Assembly (NCBI GenBank): GCA_949299935.1
Contig: CASGCE010000031.1
Location: forward strand, 47,643-111,642
DNA from: an uncultured bacterium
GTDB taxonomy: Bacteria > Cyanobacteriota > Vampirovibrionia > Gastranaerophilales > Gastranaerophilaceae
Direction of reading: 5' to 3'
Length of the DNA stretch: 64,000 nucleotides
The notes beneath the pieces were generated by a model. That model had not been told where the DNA came from. It worked only from the letters and a program-made list of their open reading frames with translations, and did no database searches. The position numbers were made by a program, and so were the translations under genes. Shown one piece after another: positions 28,645-38,535 of the stretch (its first letter is position 1; each line of letters opens with the position of its first letter).

Positions 28645-28875
28645 TTATGCTTCCATAAATTCTTTTTTAGCTTCTTGAATTGCTTCTTCCAAAAGATCAA
28701 TTTGTTCAGGTGAAAAAGTAACACCTTTTTTGGTCGGAAGCCAAGTCGCACCATCATCTGTTGTGTAGAATATACGCATATTCAAATAGCTTTTACCCTT
28801 GTATTCGCTTATAGAAATTTGCAATTGTTCTGTTTCACTTCTGTCAATTGTTGCCAAAATTTTTGCATCTGCCAT
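28645..28875 (-). CDS. PC4/YdbC-family ssDNA-binding protein
   Basis: 76 aa. The pattern QLQISISEYKGKSYLNMRIFY...KKGVTFSPEQIDLL resembles the transcriptional coactivator p15/PC4 fold family. Confidence 0.65.
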   Translation of the reverse strand: MADAKILATIDRSETEQLQISISEYKGKSYLNMRIFYTTDDGATWLPTKKGVTFSPEQIDLLEEAIQEAKKEFMEA

Positions 28876-28959
28876 GATTTTTCCTCTCCTTTACCAACTA
28901 TATAATAATAACATAAATTTTTTGTTTCTGATAAAATATACAAAAAAGGAAAGGTTATT

Positions 28960-29715
28960 ATGATAAAAGTTGCAGTATGCGGAGCTTTAGGCAAAATGGG
29001 TAAAGAAGTTGTCAGTGCAATTAACGATTATCCTGAAACAGAGCTTGTTGCCCAAATTGATATTATTTCACAAGACGGCATTTATAATACAATTGAAGAT
29101 GCTAAAAAAGAATGCAATATTGACGTTGTAATTGATTTTACACAGCCAAAATCCATTTTTGAAAACGCTAAATATTGCCTTCATAACGGAATCAAAATAG
29201 TTATAGGCACAACAGGCTTAACAGATGAACAAATCAAAGAGTTGGAAGAACTCTCTAAGAAAAATAATGTAGGCTGCTTTATCGCTCCAAATTTTTCTAC
29301 AGGTGCAGTTTTGATGATGATGTGTGCGGAACTTTGTGCAAAATATTTTGATAATGCGGAAATTATTGAACTCCACCACAACCAGAAAAAAGATGCCCCC
29401 TCAGGTACCGCTATAAAAACAGCTATGATGATGTCAAAATCAAAAGAAAGCTTCATAAAAGGAAATTGTCCTGAAAAAGAAACAATTCAAGGCTCCAGAG
29501 GCGGAATATCATACTCTGATATCCATATACATTCAGTCAGAATGCCCGGCTTTATGGCATCACAGGAAGTTATTTTCGGCTCAATGGGACAAACTTTGAC
29601 AATAAAACACGATTCCACAGACAGAAAATGTTACATGCCGGGAATTTTACTCGCAATAAAACATATTTCTAAAGCAAATGATTTTGTTTACGGGTTGGAA
29701 AACATCTTAGTATAA
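28960..29715 (+). CDS. dapB: 4-hydroxy-tetrahydrodipicolinate reductase
   Basis: VAVCGALGKMG NAD(P) motif and the signature ELHHNQKKDAPSGTA. Confidence 0.95.
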   Translation: MIKVAVCGALGKMGKEVVSAINDYPETELVAQIDIISQDGIYNTIEDAKKECNIDVVIDFTQPKSIFENAKYCLHNGIKIVIGTTGLTDEQIKELEELSKKNNVGCFIAPNFSTGAVLMMMCAELCAKYFDNAEIIELHHNQKKDAPSGTAIKTAMMMSKSKESFIKGNCPEKETIQGSRGGISYSDIHIHSVRMPGFMASQEVIFGSMGQTLTIKHDSTDRKCYMPGILLAIKHISKANDFVYGLENILV

Positions 29716-29757
29716 CTTTTATAGTATAACCCCGGTTTATATAGGAGAATGGATCTA

Positions 29758-30774
29758 ATGAAAAAACCAAACATTGCAATTCTAGGTGCAACAGGCGTTG
29801 TAGGCAGAGAAATATTAAAAATCATGGACGAGCTTAATGTAGAATATAATAAGCTTAAATTGTTATCAAGTCCCAAAAGCGCAGGTACAGAACTTGAATT
29901 TCAAGGCAAAAAATATATAGTTGAAGAAGCAAAGCCTGAATCATTTGACGGAATAAATATAGTCATAGCCTCTGCAGGAGGCTCAACCTCCAAAAAGTTT
30001 GCACCTGAAATTGTAAAACGCGGCGGAGTTTTAATAGATAATTCATCAGCATTTAGAATGGAACCTGACGTTCCTCTTGTTATAGCTTATGTTAACGACG
30101 AAGATTTGAAAAAACATAAAGGAATTATAGCAAATCCAAATTGCTCAACATCTCAACTGATGCTTGTTTTGAAACCGTTACATGAAAAAGCAAAAATTAA
30201 AAGATTAATAGTATCAACATATCAATCAGTGTCAGGCGCAGGACTTGCCGCAATAAATGAACTGACCGCTGACACAAAAGCAAATCTTGCAGGTGAAAAT
30301 TTTGAAAACATTTGCTTTAAAAAACCTATTTCTTTTAATGTAATTCCTCAAATTGACGTATTTTGCGAAAATGGCTACACAAAAGAAGAAATGAAAGTAA
30401 CAAACGAAACCAAAAAAATCTTACACTTAAACCCCGATACTCCAATCTCCTGCACGGCTGTGCGTGTACCTGTGTATAGAGGACATAGCGAAGCTGTTGA
30501 TATCGAGTTTGAAAATGAAATTACACCGGATGAAGTTAGGCAAATTCTAAAAAATACGTTTGGCGTTAAAGTAATTGATAATCCTGAAAATTACGAATAC
30601 CCTACGACACGTGACGCTGCAAACGTTGACCCGGTTTTTGTCGGCCGTATAAGAAAAAATATCGCTTTTAAAAATGGTACAAGCCTTTGGTGTGTTGGGG
30701 ATAACCTAAGAATAGGGGCTGCTCTTAATACCGTCAGAATTTGTAAAAAAATTACAGAAATGGGACTTTTCTAA
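29758..30774 (+). CDS. asd: Aspartate-semialdehyde dehydrogenase
   Basis: AILGATGVVG, active-site NPNCSTS, and SVSGAG. I prefer the ATG at 29758 (AGGAG 10 nt upstream) over 29749. Confidence 0.95.
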   Translation: MKKPNIAILGATGVVGREILKIMDELNVEYNKLKLLSSPKSAGTELEFQGKKYIVEEAKPESFDGINIVIASAGGSTSKKFAPEIVKRGGVLIDNSSAFRMEPDVPLVIAYVNDEDLKKHKGIIANPNCSTSQLMLVLKPLHEKAKIKRLIVSTYQSVSGAGLAAINELTADTKANLAGENFENICFKKPISFNVIPQIDVFCENGYTKEEMKVTNETKKILHLNPDTPISCTAVRVPVYRGHSEAVDIEFENEITPDEVRQILKNTFGVKVIDNPENYEYPTTRDAANVDPVFVGRIRKNIAFKNGTSLWCVGDNLRIGAALNTVRICKKITEMGLF

Positions 30775-30895
30775 AAAAATTTTATATCCTTGTATTTTGA
30801 TGCTAATTTTATAACTGCTGTGATAATTTGTTGGTTAAAATATTTTTTAAAACGGCAAATTAAAAATTGCTTTAATTAAATATGCAAAACCCCTA

Positions 30896-31915
30896 TTAAA
30901 CAACCTTATTAGCAGCTAAAGTAAATTTATCCTTAAACGTTTCAATAACTATGTCGGGAGTCAAAAATTCCATACAATCAGAAACCCTGTTTTTACAGTA
31001 TTTTTTAGAACCGGGCTGCAAACAACAAGGCGAACATGAAAAATGACGTGACAAAACTATACATTTTTCACTTCGCGGTTTCCATCTTACAAGTGAAGTC
31101 GGCCCGTGAAGCATTATAGACGGAATATCAAGAGCTGCCGCCATATGAATTACACCGGAATCAATCCCTATAACCAGATCCATTTTTTTTACCAGTGACA
31201 TTGTCTCTTTAATGGAAAGTTTTCCGCACATATCTATTGGCGGTAATTCAAGTTCACTTTTCACCTTTTTTATAAGATTTTGATAATTTTGAATATCTTT
31301 ATCTCCACCAACAAGAAAGACTTGTGATTTTATATTATTTGAAAGATATGAAATAACTTCTGCCCAATATTCATCTAACCAATTTTTTTGTTGAAATCTG
31401 CTATAAGCTTGTATTAATACTTTTTTATCGGGTATAATTTCTGTAATTTCTCTTACTTTGGAATCATTAATCTTATCAAGCCATAATTCAGTCTTATCAT
31501 TCTCGACAGAAAATCCAGAAATCCTTAACAAATCAAGGTAACAATCTATTTCATGTCTATCGCAATTGTATGGTGCCGTTTTAGTCAAAAATTTGTTTCT
31601 TCTGATGTTGAACCCTATACGATTTTTAACACCTGCCCAAAAAGCAATCATTGTGAAAAAACGGTCATTTTTTAGAAAATATACTGTATCGTATTTTTTA
31701 AACAATGCTATATATGCAAAATAGTTTTTATACTTACCGTTAATATGGAAAATTTTATTTATATAAGGACATTTTTGCATTACTTCAAAGGCGATATCAT
31801 CAACAAGCACGTCTATTTGTGCTTCGGGTAACGCCTTTCTTAGTTCTCTGTAAAATGCGCTCGCGAAAATTGTATCGCCAATTGTTCCGTATCTTATAAC
31901 AAGGATTTTTTCCAT
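30896..31915 (-). CDS. Glycosyltransferase family 9 (LPS heptosyltransferase-like)
   Basis: KILVIRYGTIGD N-terminus and the C-terminal GIDSGVIHMAAAL motif, both typical of GT9. Confidence 0.85.
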   Translation of the reverse strand: MEKILVIRYGTIGDTIFASAFYRELRKALPEAQIDVLVDDIAFEVMQKCPYINKIFHINGKYKNYFAYIALFKKYDTVYFLKNDRFFTMIAFWAGVKNRIGFNIRRNKFLTKTAPYNCDRHEIDCYLDLLRISGFSVENDKTELWLDKINDSKVREITEIIPDKKVLIQAYSRFQQKNWLDEYWAEVISYLSNNIKSQVFLVGGDKDIQNYQNLIKKVKSELELPPIDMCGKLSIKETMSLVKKMDLVIGIDSGVIHMAAALDIPSIMLHGPTSLVRWKPRSEKCIVLSRHFSCSPCCLQPGSKKYCKNRVSDCMEFLTPDIVIETFKDKFTLAANKVV

Positions 31916-32010
31916 AACCTGTTAATCCTATCATTGACAATTTATTTTTAATATTAACCACTTGGCTATAATTAGGTATCCCAAATTTTTTAAATAAAAT
32001 GTAAAAATAT

Positions 32011-32052
32011 TATTACTCATATTCGGGTATTATTACTTGTATATGAGTAATA
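32011..32052. promoter_or_regulatory. 12-bp perfect inverted repeat (TATTACTCATAT-N18-ATATGAGTAATA) upstream of a small HTH gene
   Basis: Read directly from the sequence. Lies in the divergent intergenic region between the GT9 gene and ORF 32099. Confidence 0.35.
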
Positions 32053-32098
32053 TAATAACAAGAGTAATTTTTATTGTCAAGTAGACTATAATTAGGAA

Positions 32099-32305
32099 AT
32101 GAAAGCCCGTAACAAAATCAAATCACTAATAGCCTTAAGGTGTCTTACAATTACAAAACTGGCACAAATGATGCGAGAAAAGACCGGAAAGCCGTACACC
32201 TTCAAAAGTCTTACCGGAAAACTTCAGCGCGGAACACTAACATTAGATGAAACATATATAATAGCTGATTTATTGGACTATAAACTTGAATTTATAGAAA
32301 AATAA
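32099..32305 (+). CDS. Small HTH DNA-binding protein (phage-repressor-like)
   Basis: 68 aa. LTITKLAQMMREKTG...SLTGKLQRGTLTLDETYIIADLL looks like an XRE/DUF739-style HTH. Confidence 0.5.
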   Translation: MKARNKIKSLIALRCLTITKLAQMMREKTGKPYTFKSLTGKLQRGTLTLDETYIIADLLDYKLEFIEK

Positions 32306-32393
32306 ATTACCCGATATTATTACTTTTTGTAAAAAGGACACGACTTTTGAGGTTTTTTCTGGTAAAATGGAAAAGGCACAAGGAGTGTTTTAT

Positions 32394-32867
32394 ATGGGAC
32401 AAGTGTTAAGAAGAGAAAATATAGCTGAATTTGTCCGCAATTTACAAAAAAGCGGGAAAACCGTAGTTGCAACAAATGGATGTTTTGATATTCTGCATGT
32501 TGGGCACATCCGGTATTTACAAAAAACAAAATCCTTTGCCGATTATCTTATAGTACTGTTAAACTCTGATAAATCGGTCAAATCAATAAAGGGAAAGAAT
32601 CGTCCTATAAATAATGAAAATGATCGTGCCGAGATATTAACAGCTTTAAGCTGTGTTGACTACGTAGTATTATTTGATGAAGACAGTCCTAAAGATTTAC
32701 TTAATGAAATTAAGCCTGACGTATACACAAAAGGTGCCGACTATAACATGGAAACTCTTCCTGAAGCAGATATTATGAAAAAAAATGGTACAAGGGTTGA
32801 GTTTATAGAGTTTGTACAGGGTAAGTCAACAACAAATACAATTAATAAGATTAATAATAAGGAGTAA
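32394..32867 (+). CDS. hldC: D-glycero-beta-D-manno-heptose 1-phosphate adenylyltransferase (RfaE domain II type)
   Basis: GCFDILHVGHIRYL nucleotidyltransferase motif. Small size (~157 aa from the ATG at 32394, GGAG RBS). LPS gene context. Confidence 0.85.
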   Translation: MGQVLRRENIAEFVRNLQKSGKTVVATNGCFDILHVGHIRYLQKTKSFADYLIVLLNSDKSVKSIKGKNRPINNENDRAEILTALSCVDYVVLFDEDSPKDLLNEIKPDVYTKGADYNMETLPEADIMKKNGTRVEFIEFVQGKSTTNTINKINNKE

Positions 32868-32870
32868 AAA

Positions 32871-33965
32871 ATGAAAACGTTTTCAGTGGAAGAAATTACA
32901 CAAATAGTGGGCGGTATGCTGACAAAAGCCTCAGATGTTGAAATAACACACATCGCGCCTCCGCTTTTAGCTGACGAAAAAACTTTAGCCCTTGCTTTGG
33001 GAGAAGATGAAATTGCAAATCTTGCATCGTCAAAAGCAAAAGTTGCACTTGTTCCATTGGGAGTGCAAATTGAAGGGATTACGACAATTGAAGTTGAGCG
33101 TCCAAGGCTTGCTATGATGAAACTTTTAAATCTATTTTACGTCCCGCCGGCAGTTAACAAAGATGTTCACCCGACTGCAGTGGTTGATCCGACAGCGAAA
33201 CTTGGTCAAAATGTTTCAATCGGACCAAATGTTGTAGTTTCGGCTAATGCTGAAATCGGTGACAATACAAAGATTCTTGCCAACTCGTATATAGGCAGCG
33301 GTGTAAAAATCGGGACGACTTGTTTCTTCCATCCCGGCGTTAATATAGGTGATAGAGTGAAAATTGGCAACAATGTAATATTGCACCATGGAGTATCTCT
33401 TGGAGCAGACGGATTTAGTTTTGTTACCGAAAATCCTGATAATATTGAACAAGCAAGAAAAGACGGTGAAATTAAAGAAGGTGCTCAAACAAAACATGTA
33501 ATTTTCAAGATACCTTCAATCGGTTCGGTAGAAATTGGGAATAACGTTGAAATTGGTGCTAATACCACAATTGACAGAGGGACTATTGAAAACACAACAA
33601 TAGGTGACGACACCAAAATTGACGATCAAGTAATGATTGGTCACAATTGTAAAATAGGTAAAGGATGTCTTTTGATATCACAGGTAGGTATTGCAGGAAG
33701 CTGTGTAATCGGTGATAGAGTTGTAATAGCGGGTCAAGCGGGTCTTGCAGACCATATACAAATCGGTTCGGATACAATTATAGCGGCAAAAGCCGGAGTT
33801 ACGAAATCTTTTCCCGAGCGCTCGATTGTAGTAGGTATTCCTGCCGTTCCAAGAAAAGAATTTATTAAACAACTGAAAACAATGAAAGATGCTCAAGAGA
33901 TTATAGCAAAGTTCAGAAAATATGAACCGATGCTGACAGCATTTGAAGAGGCACATAACGAATAA
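32871..33965 (+). CDS. lpxD: UDP-3-O-acylglucosamine N-acyltransferase
   Basis: Long run of hexapeptide repeats preceded by an LpxD-type N-terminal domain. Adjacent to lpxC and fabZ. Confidence 0.9.
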   Translation: MKTFSVEEITQIVGGMLTKASDVEITHIAPPLLADEKTLALALGEDEIANLASSKAKVALVPLGVQIEGITTIEVERPRLAMMKLLNLFYVPPAVNKDVHPTAVVDPTAKLGQNVSIGPNVVVSANAEIGDNTKILANSYIGSGVKIGTTCFFHPGVNIGDRVKIGNNVILHHGVSLGADGFSFVTENPDNIEQARKDGEIKEGAQTKHVIFKIPSIGSVEIGNNVEIGANTTIDRGTIENTTIGDDTKIDDQVMIGHNCKIGKGCLLISQVGIAGSCVIGDRVVIAGQAGLADHIQIGSDTIIAAKAGVTKSFPERSIVVGIPAVPRKEFIKQLKTMKDAQEIIAKFRKYEPMLTAFEEAHNE

Positions 33966-34774
33966 TGGGAACACTCAAAAAACAAGTTGAAATAACAGGT
34001 AACGGCTTAATGAAAAATAAGCCTTGCAAAGTAACCTTTTTCCCTTCAAATGAGGGTAAAATAAGGTATTTTGTAAAAGGGCAGGAAGCCTTTACAGCCG
34101 ACGTTGATAATTTAATTTCAACAGAACATTGCGTTACTTTAGGCAACAAAAAATCAAAAGTTATGCTTGAAGAACACTTATCTGCGGCTATGGCTTTTTG
34201 CGGAGTAGATTCCGTTGATATTTGTATGGATGAAGAAGAAGTCCCTGCACTTGACGGGAGTGCAAAAAAATGGGTAGAGCTTTTTAATCAAGCAGGTGTT
34301 GAAAAATCAAAACCAAAATATTACACGGTTTCTGAACCCATCTTTTACTTGAATGGAAAAACCAGTATGGTAATCCTTCCTGATAAAGACTTATTTATCT
34401 CGTATGCTGTAAACTATGACCACCCTAATCTTATAAGACGCTGGGTAAACTATGACCCTAAAAGTCCACAAGAGGTCATAGAAGCAAGAACTTTCGGGTT
34501 TTACAAAGATTTAAGAAAGTTCCAAATGTTCGGATTTGCTAAAGGCGTGACTTTAGAAAACACTGTTGGATTAAAAGACGAAGGTTTTACAACGGATTTG
34601 AGATCTGAAAATGAGCCTATAAAGCACAAGATACTCGATTTAATAGGCGATTTATATCTTACAGGAGTGAATCCTTTAAACTTAAAAGCACAGATTCTTG
34701 TAAAAGAAGCCGGACACGCAGTACATTTAAAAGTCGCAAAAATGTTAAAAGATAAATTAATAGAGACAAATTAA
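33965..34774 (+). CDS. lpxC: UDP-3-O-acyl-N-acetylglucosamine deacetylase
   Basis: [19 protein letters not shown] and the AGHAVH motifs of LpxC. Confidence 0.92.
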   Translation: MGTLKKQVEITGNGLMKNKPCKVTFFPSNEGKIRYFVKGQEAFTADVDNLISTEHCVTLGNKKSKVMLEEHLSAAMAFCGVDSVDICMDEEEVPALDGSAKKWVELFNQAGVEKSKPKYYTVSEPIFYLNGKTSMVILPDKDLFISYAVNYDHPNLIRRWVNYDPKSPQEVIEARTFGFYKDLRKFQMFGFAKGVTLENTVGLKDEGFTTDLRSENEPIKHKILDLIGDLYLTGVNPLNLKAQILVKEAGHAVHLKVAKMLKDKLIETN

Positions 34775-34791
34775 AATATAAGGAGAGAATT

Positions 34792-35232
34792 ATGACAGAA
34801 GAAGTATTAAGTTTTGATATTATGGATATTATGAACATGCTTCCGCACAGATATCCGTTTTTGCTAGTAGACAAAATTACAGAATGTGTTCCCGGTAAAT
34901 ACGCAAAAGGTTACAAAAACATGACGATGAACGAAGGATTTTTCCAAGGACACTTTCCTGGCAACCCAATAATGCCGGGTGTATTGCAGTTGGAAGCTCT
35001 TGCACAATGTTCAGCACCTATTTTGCTTAAATTACCTGAATTCAACGGCAAACTTGCACTTTATGCAGGTGTTGAAAATGCACGTTTTAAAAATATAGTA
35101 AGACCCGGTGACAAGTTCGAAATGGAAATCGAATTGTTAAAAATCAAAGGGCCTGTATGCAAAGCTCATGGTATCGGTAAAGTTGACGGCAAGGTTGCTG
35201 TTGAAGCTGACATGACTTTTGCTTTAAAATAA
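34792..35232 (+). CDS. fabZ: 3-hydroxyacyl-ACP dehydratase
   Basis: [29 protein letters not shown]. Confidence 0.95.
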   Translation: MTEEVLSFDIMDIMNMLPHRYPFLLVDKITECVPGKYAKGYKNMTMNEGFFQGHFPGNPIMPGVLQLEALAQCSAPILLKLPEFNGKLALYAGVENARFKNIVRPGDKFEMEIELLKIKGPVCKAHGIGKVDGKVAVEADMTFALK

Positions 35233-35238
35233 TCATAT

Positions 35239-35270
35239 AAAGACTTCCCAAATTGGAAGTCTTTATTTTT
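35239..35270 (+). terminator. Rho-independent terminator after fabZ
   Basis: AAAGACTTCC-CAAATT-GGAAGTCTTT followed by ATTTTT. Confidence 0.8.
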
Positions 35271-35314
35271 ATAGTAAAATGTAATTGTGTACAAAATAAA
35301 GAAGGAAAATACAT

Positions 35315-36997
35315 ATGAAAAAACTTTCACCGTTACAAATCGAAAGATTAAAATATCAACCAAAACTACCTGCTTGTCTTGCTTTAGGGATAAACAGCCT
35401 TGAATTGGTTGAAGGTTCTTCAACTCAATCAGTAAAAGATCAAGAACAAATACAAAATTTATTCAAAAATACATACGGCAAACCGGTTGTTACGTTCAAA
35501 AACTCAATTTCTGTAACAACATCAGAACAAAGAAATGTCGGTGTAATCTTATCCGGCGGTCAAGCACCCGGGGGACACAACGTAATTGCAGGTTTGTATG
35601 ATGCTTTAAAACAGGCAAATTCCACAAACAAATTGTACGGATTTTTAGGCGGTCCTTCAGGTATAATTGACGGGAAATATGTAGAATTCACGGATGAATT
35701 TATAAACCAATACAGAAATACCGGCGGATTTGACATAATCGGCTCAGGCAGAACCAAATTAGAAACTGAAGAACAATTCCAAAAATCTTGGGAAGTTTGT
35801 AAAAAATTAAACATCTCTGCCGTTGTAATTGTCGGCGGTGACGATTCAAACACAAACGCAGCACTCTTGGCTGAATGGTTTGTAAAAAATAATGCAGGTA
35901 TTCAAGTTATCGGATGTCCTAAAACTATCGATGGTGATTTGAAGAATGATCAAATCGAAATTTCCTTCGGTTTTGACACTGCAACCAAAACTTATGCAGA
36001 ACTTATCGGAAACATCCAACGTGATGCAAATTCTGCAAAGAAATATTGGCACTTCATCAAAATCATGGGCAGAAGCGCATCCCACGTTGCTCTTGAGGCT
36101 GCTCTACAAACACAACCGAATATCACTTTAATTAGTGAAGAAGTTGAAGAAAAGAAAATGTCTTTGGAACAAATTGTCAGTTATATGACCAATATAATTG
36201 TAAAACGTTCTAATACGGGTAAAAACTTCGGTATCGCAATAGTTCCTGAAGGTTTAATAGAATTCATACCTGAAATGAAATCTATGATTGCAAACTTGAA
36301 TGATATTATGGCAAATTTGGAAACTGACCCTAGTTTCGTTAATACAACAACTATTAGAGAAAAATTTGATATTGTTGAAAACAGACTTGATCCACAAAAC
36401 GCAAAAGTGTATAATTCACTTCCTGCATTGATTAAAGGACAATTATTGGCAGACCGCGACCCGCACGGAAATGTTCAGGTATCAAAAATTGAAACTGAAA
36501 AGTTATTGATTGAAATGATTTCAACAAAACTTGATGAATTAAAATCTCAAGGTGAATATATCGGTAAATTTTCACCACAATCACACTTCTTCGGTTATGA
36601 AGGAAGATGTGCATTCCCGTCAAACTTTGATGCTGATTACTGCTATTCACTGGGCTTCAATGCTTTTGCATTAATCAACTTTGGCATGACAGGATACCTT
36701 TCATCAGTAAGAAATCTTACCCAACCTGCCGATCAATGGATTGCAGGCGGTATCCCGTTAACAATGATGATGAACATGGAAAAACGCCATGGTGAAATGA
36801 AGCCGGTTATCCAAAAAGCATTAGTAAAACTTGACGGTCCTGTTTTCAAAGAATTGGAAGAAAACAGAGAAGACTGGGCAATGAATGACAGATACCTATT
36901 CCCTGGTGCTGTTCAATACTTTGGTCCATCTTGCGTATGTGACGTAACAACTTGCACATTGCAACTTGAACGTTCAAAGTCATTGGTTAATGCATAA
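35315..36997 (+). CDS. pfp: Diphosphate--fructose-6-phosphate 1-phosphotransferase (PPi-dependent PFK, long type)
   Basis: GGDDSNT (Asp rather than Gly, diagnostic of PPi use), [15 protein letters not shown]. 560 aa. Confidence 0.92.
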   Translation: MKKLSPLQIERLKYQPKLPACLALGINSLELVEGSSTQSVKDQEQIQNLFKNTYGKPVVTFKNSISVTTSEQRNVGVILSGGQAPGGHNVIAGLYDALKQANSTNKLYGFLGGPSGIIDGKYVEFTDEFINQYRNTGGFDIIGSGRTKLETEEQFQKSWEVCKKLNISAVVIVGGDDSNTNAALLAEWFVKNNAGIQVIGCPKTIDGDLKNDQIEISFGFDTATKTYAELIGNIQRDANSAKKYWHFIKIMGRSASHVALEAALQTQPNITLISEEVEEKKMSLEQIVSYMTNIIVKRSNTGKNFGIAIVPEGLIEFIPEMKSMIANLNDIMANLETDPSFVNTTTIREKFDIVENRLDPQNAKVYNSLPALIKGQLLADRDPHGNVQVSKIETEKLLIEMISTKLDELKSQGEYIGKFSPQSHFFGYEGRCAFPSNFDADYCYSLGFNAFALINFGMTGYLSSVRNLTQPADQWIAGGIPLTMMMNMEKRHGEMKPVIQKALVKLDGPVFKELEENREDWAMNDRYLFPGAVQYFGPSCVCDVTTCTLQLERSKSLVNA

Positions 36998-37017
36998 AAC
37001 AAATACTTGAATATACA

Positions 37018-37046
37018 AAAAGGAGGCTCATTGGTCTCCTTTTTTA
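37018..37046 (+). terminator. Rho-independent terminator after pfp
   Basis: AAAGGAGGCT-CATT-GGTCTCCTTT followed by TTTT. Confidence 0.65.
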
Positions 37047-37081
37047 TTGCACATAAATAAAAAATATGCTATTATCGGGGT

Positions 37082-37486
37082 ATGGAAATAGACTTAACAA
37101 ATTTAAAATCAGCGCTGCAAACACTAAAAACAAGCATGGAAAAACTTGACGAAAACAAAACCTGTGATTTCGTTGATATGCTTGAGGATTCGTGCATAAA
37201 AAGATTTGAGTACACGTTAGAAATAGCAAGAAAAACGATGAAGCGTGTTTTGAAAAAAATATACGGCAAAAATGAAGAAGAATTAACCGTAAATAACACA
37301 TTCCGATTTATGGAAGGATATAAATTTATAGATAATTGGGAAAATTGGCAGCAATATTACGAAAAACGAAATAACACAGCACACGAATACAACCTTGAAA
37401 AATCGCGTAAGCTCTTGGAAATTATACCTGCATTTATAAAAGATACTGAAATTTTAGTCAAAAATTTGGACAAAAATCTGCAATGA
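37082..37486 (+). CDS. hepT: HEPN-domain toxin, HI0074 / nucleotidyltransferase-substrate-binding family (HepT-like)
   Basis: 134-aa helical protein with the Rx4H motif (KRNNTAHEY) and the IKRFEYTLE pattern of the HI0074 family. Overlaps the MNT gene by 4 nt. Confidence 0.8.
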   Translation: MEIDLTNLKSALQTLKTSMEKLDENKTCDFVDMLEDSCIKRFEYTLEIARKTMKRVLKKIYGKNEEELTVNNTFRFMEGYKFIDNWENWQQYYEKRNNTAHEYNLEKSRKLLEIIPAFIKDTEILVKNLDKNLQ

Positions 37487-37767
37487 TTAAAGGAATTACA
37501 GACAAAGAATACAAGATAATACAAAATATTTTAAAAGACTACCCTTACAAATTTTACGCGTACGGTTCAAGGGTAAGGGGAGATTTTTCAGCACTTTCTG
37601 ATTTGGATATACTTGTCAAGTCAGACAAATTTGACGAAATAATTTCAGATTTAAAATACAAATTTGACCAAAGCAAACTGCCCTACATAGTCAATTTTAC
37701 CGATTATAATTCGATTGATGAGTATTTTTATAACCTTATAAAGAACGACCTGACTTTGCTAAATTAA
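37483..37767 (+). CDS. mntA: Minimal nucleotidyltransferase antitoxin (MntA-like)
   Basis: YGSRVRGDFSALSDLDILV is the GSx(n)DxD polymerase-beta-type nucleotidyltransferase motif. 94 aa. Confidence 0.8.
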   Translation: MIKGITDKEYKIIQNILKDYPYKFYAYGSRVRGDFSALSDLDILVKSDKFDEIISDLKYKFDQSKLPYIVNFTDYNSIDEYFYNLIKNDLTLLN

Positions 37768-37967
37768 TCCGGAATATACGTAAATATATCATTTGTAGTG
37801 CAATCCAGTGCAAAACAAAGTTTGTTCAATGTTTCAAAATCTATACCATTAGTTTCATCTTTATAAATTTTCAGCACGGTATGACTGTTAAGTCCCGTTA
37901 TTCTAACGACATCGCGCCTGTCCATTTTTTTAATACCTAATAATTCAGAAAAATTGTTCTTTATCAT
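37764..37967 (-). CDS. XRE-family HTH protein
   Basis: 67 aa. RDVVRITGLNSHTVLKIYKDE...TLNKLCFALDCTTNDIF is a Cro/C1-type HTH. Its 3' end overlaps the convergent mntA by 4 nt. Confidence 0.7.
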   Translation of the reverse strand: MIKNNFSELLGIKKMDRRDVVRITGLNSHTVLKIYKDETNGIDFETLNKLCFALDCTTNDIFTYIPD

Positions 37968-38065
37968 GTGCTTATAATAACGTATTTATTATAAAAAATC
38001 TTTTACCGTATGTATAACTACTTATTGGTAACTTGACAAGCCATATTTTTTAATATATAGTTACA

Positions 38066-38281
38066 ATGGAGAATAAAATGAACGAAGAAGATATAAAATT
38101 TACCAAACTTGCATATAATGTTTTGAAAAATTTATCTCAACATGTAGACGAAATAAACATAATAATAGAAAATAACCTGACCAAGATAGAGTTATTGCAT
38201 ATCGGATTGTTAATAGACGATATGGAGAAAGCTATTTTGCCGGTCAAAAAGGAATTGGAAAGTTTGGGGATAAAATGTTAA
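38066..38281 (+). CDS. Hypothetical small helical protein (paralogue a)
   Basis: 71 aa. Shares the block HIG.LI..M......P...ELE with the next ORF. Confidence 0.45.
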   Translation: MENKMNEEDIKFTKLAYNVLKNLSQHVDEINIIIENNLTKIELLHIGLLIDDMEKAILPVKKELESLGIKC

Positions 38282-38535
38282 CGAAAAAAGAGAAAAGACT
38301 TGCGATAATGATATCAGACGTTACAATGCAAATGATAAGCTATCTGGAACTTGCGCAAGCATATGTGGAGGCAAAGTATTATTCGCCTGAAATTGTTCAC
38401 ATCGGCAAACTTATCTCCAAAATGCAAGAAATTCTTGAACCGCTTACACAGGAACTTGAACCGGCAAGATTTCTCATGAAAAGGACAAAAGATAGTGCTT
38501 GCCAAATATATATTAAAAACCCGCCAGAAAAATAA
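38275..38535 (+). CDS. Hypothetical small helical protein (paralogue b)
   Basis: 86 aa. Overlaps the preceding ORF by 7 nt, and VHIGKLISKMQEILEPLTQELEP is similar to it. Confidence 0.45.
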   Translation: MLTKKEKRLAIMISDVTMQMISYLELAQAYVEAKYYSPEIVHIGKLISKMQEILEPLTQELEPARFLMKRTKDSACQIYIKNPPEK

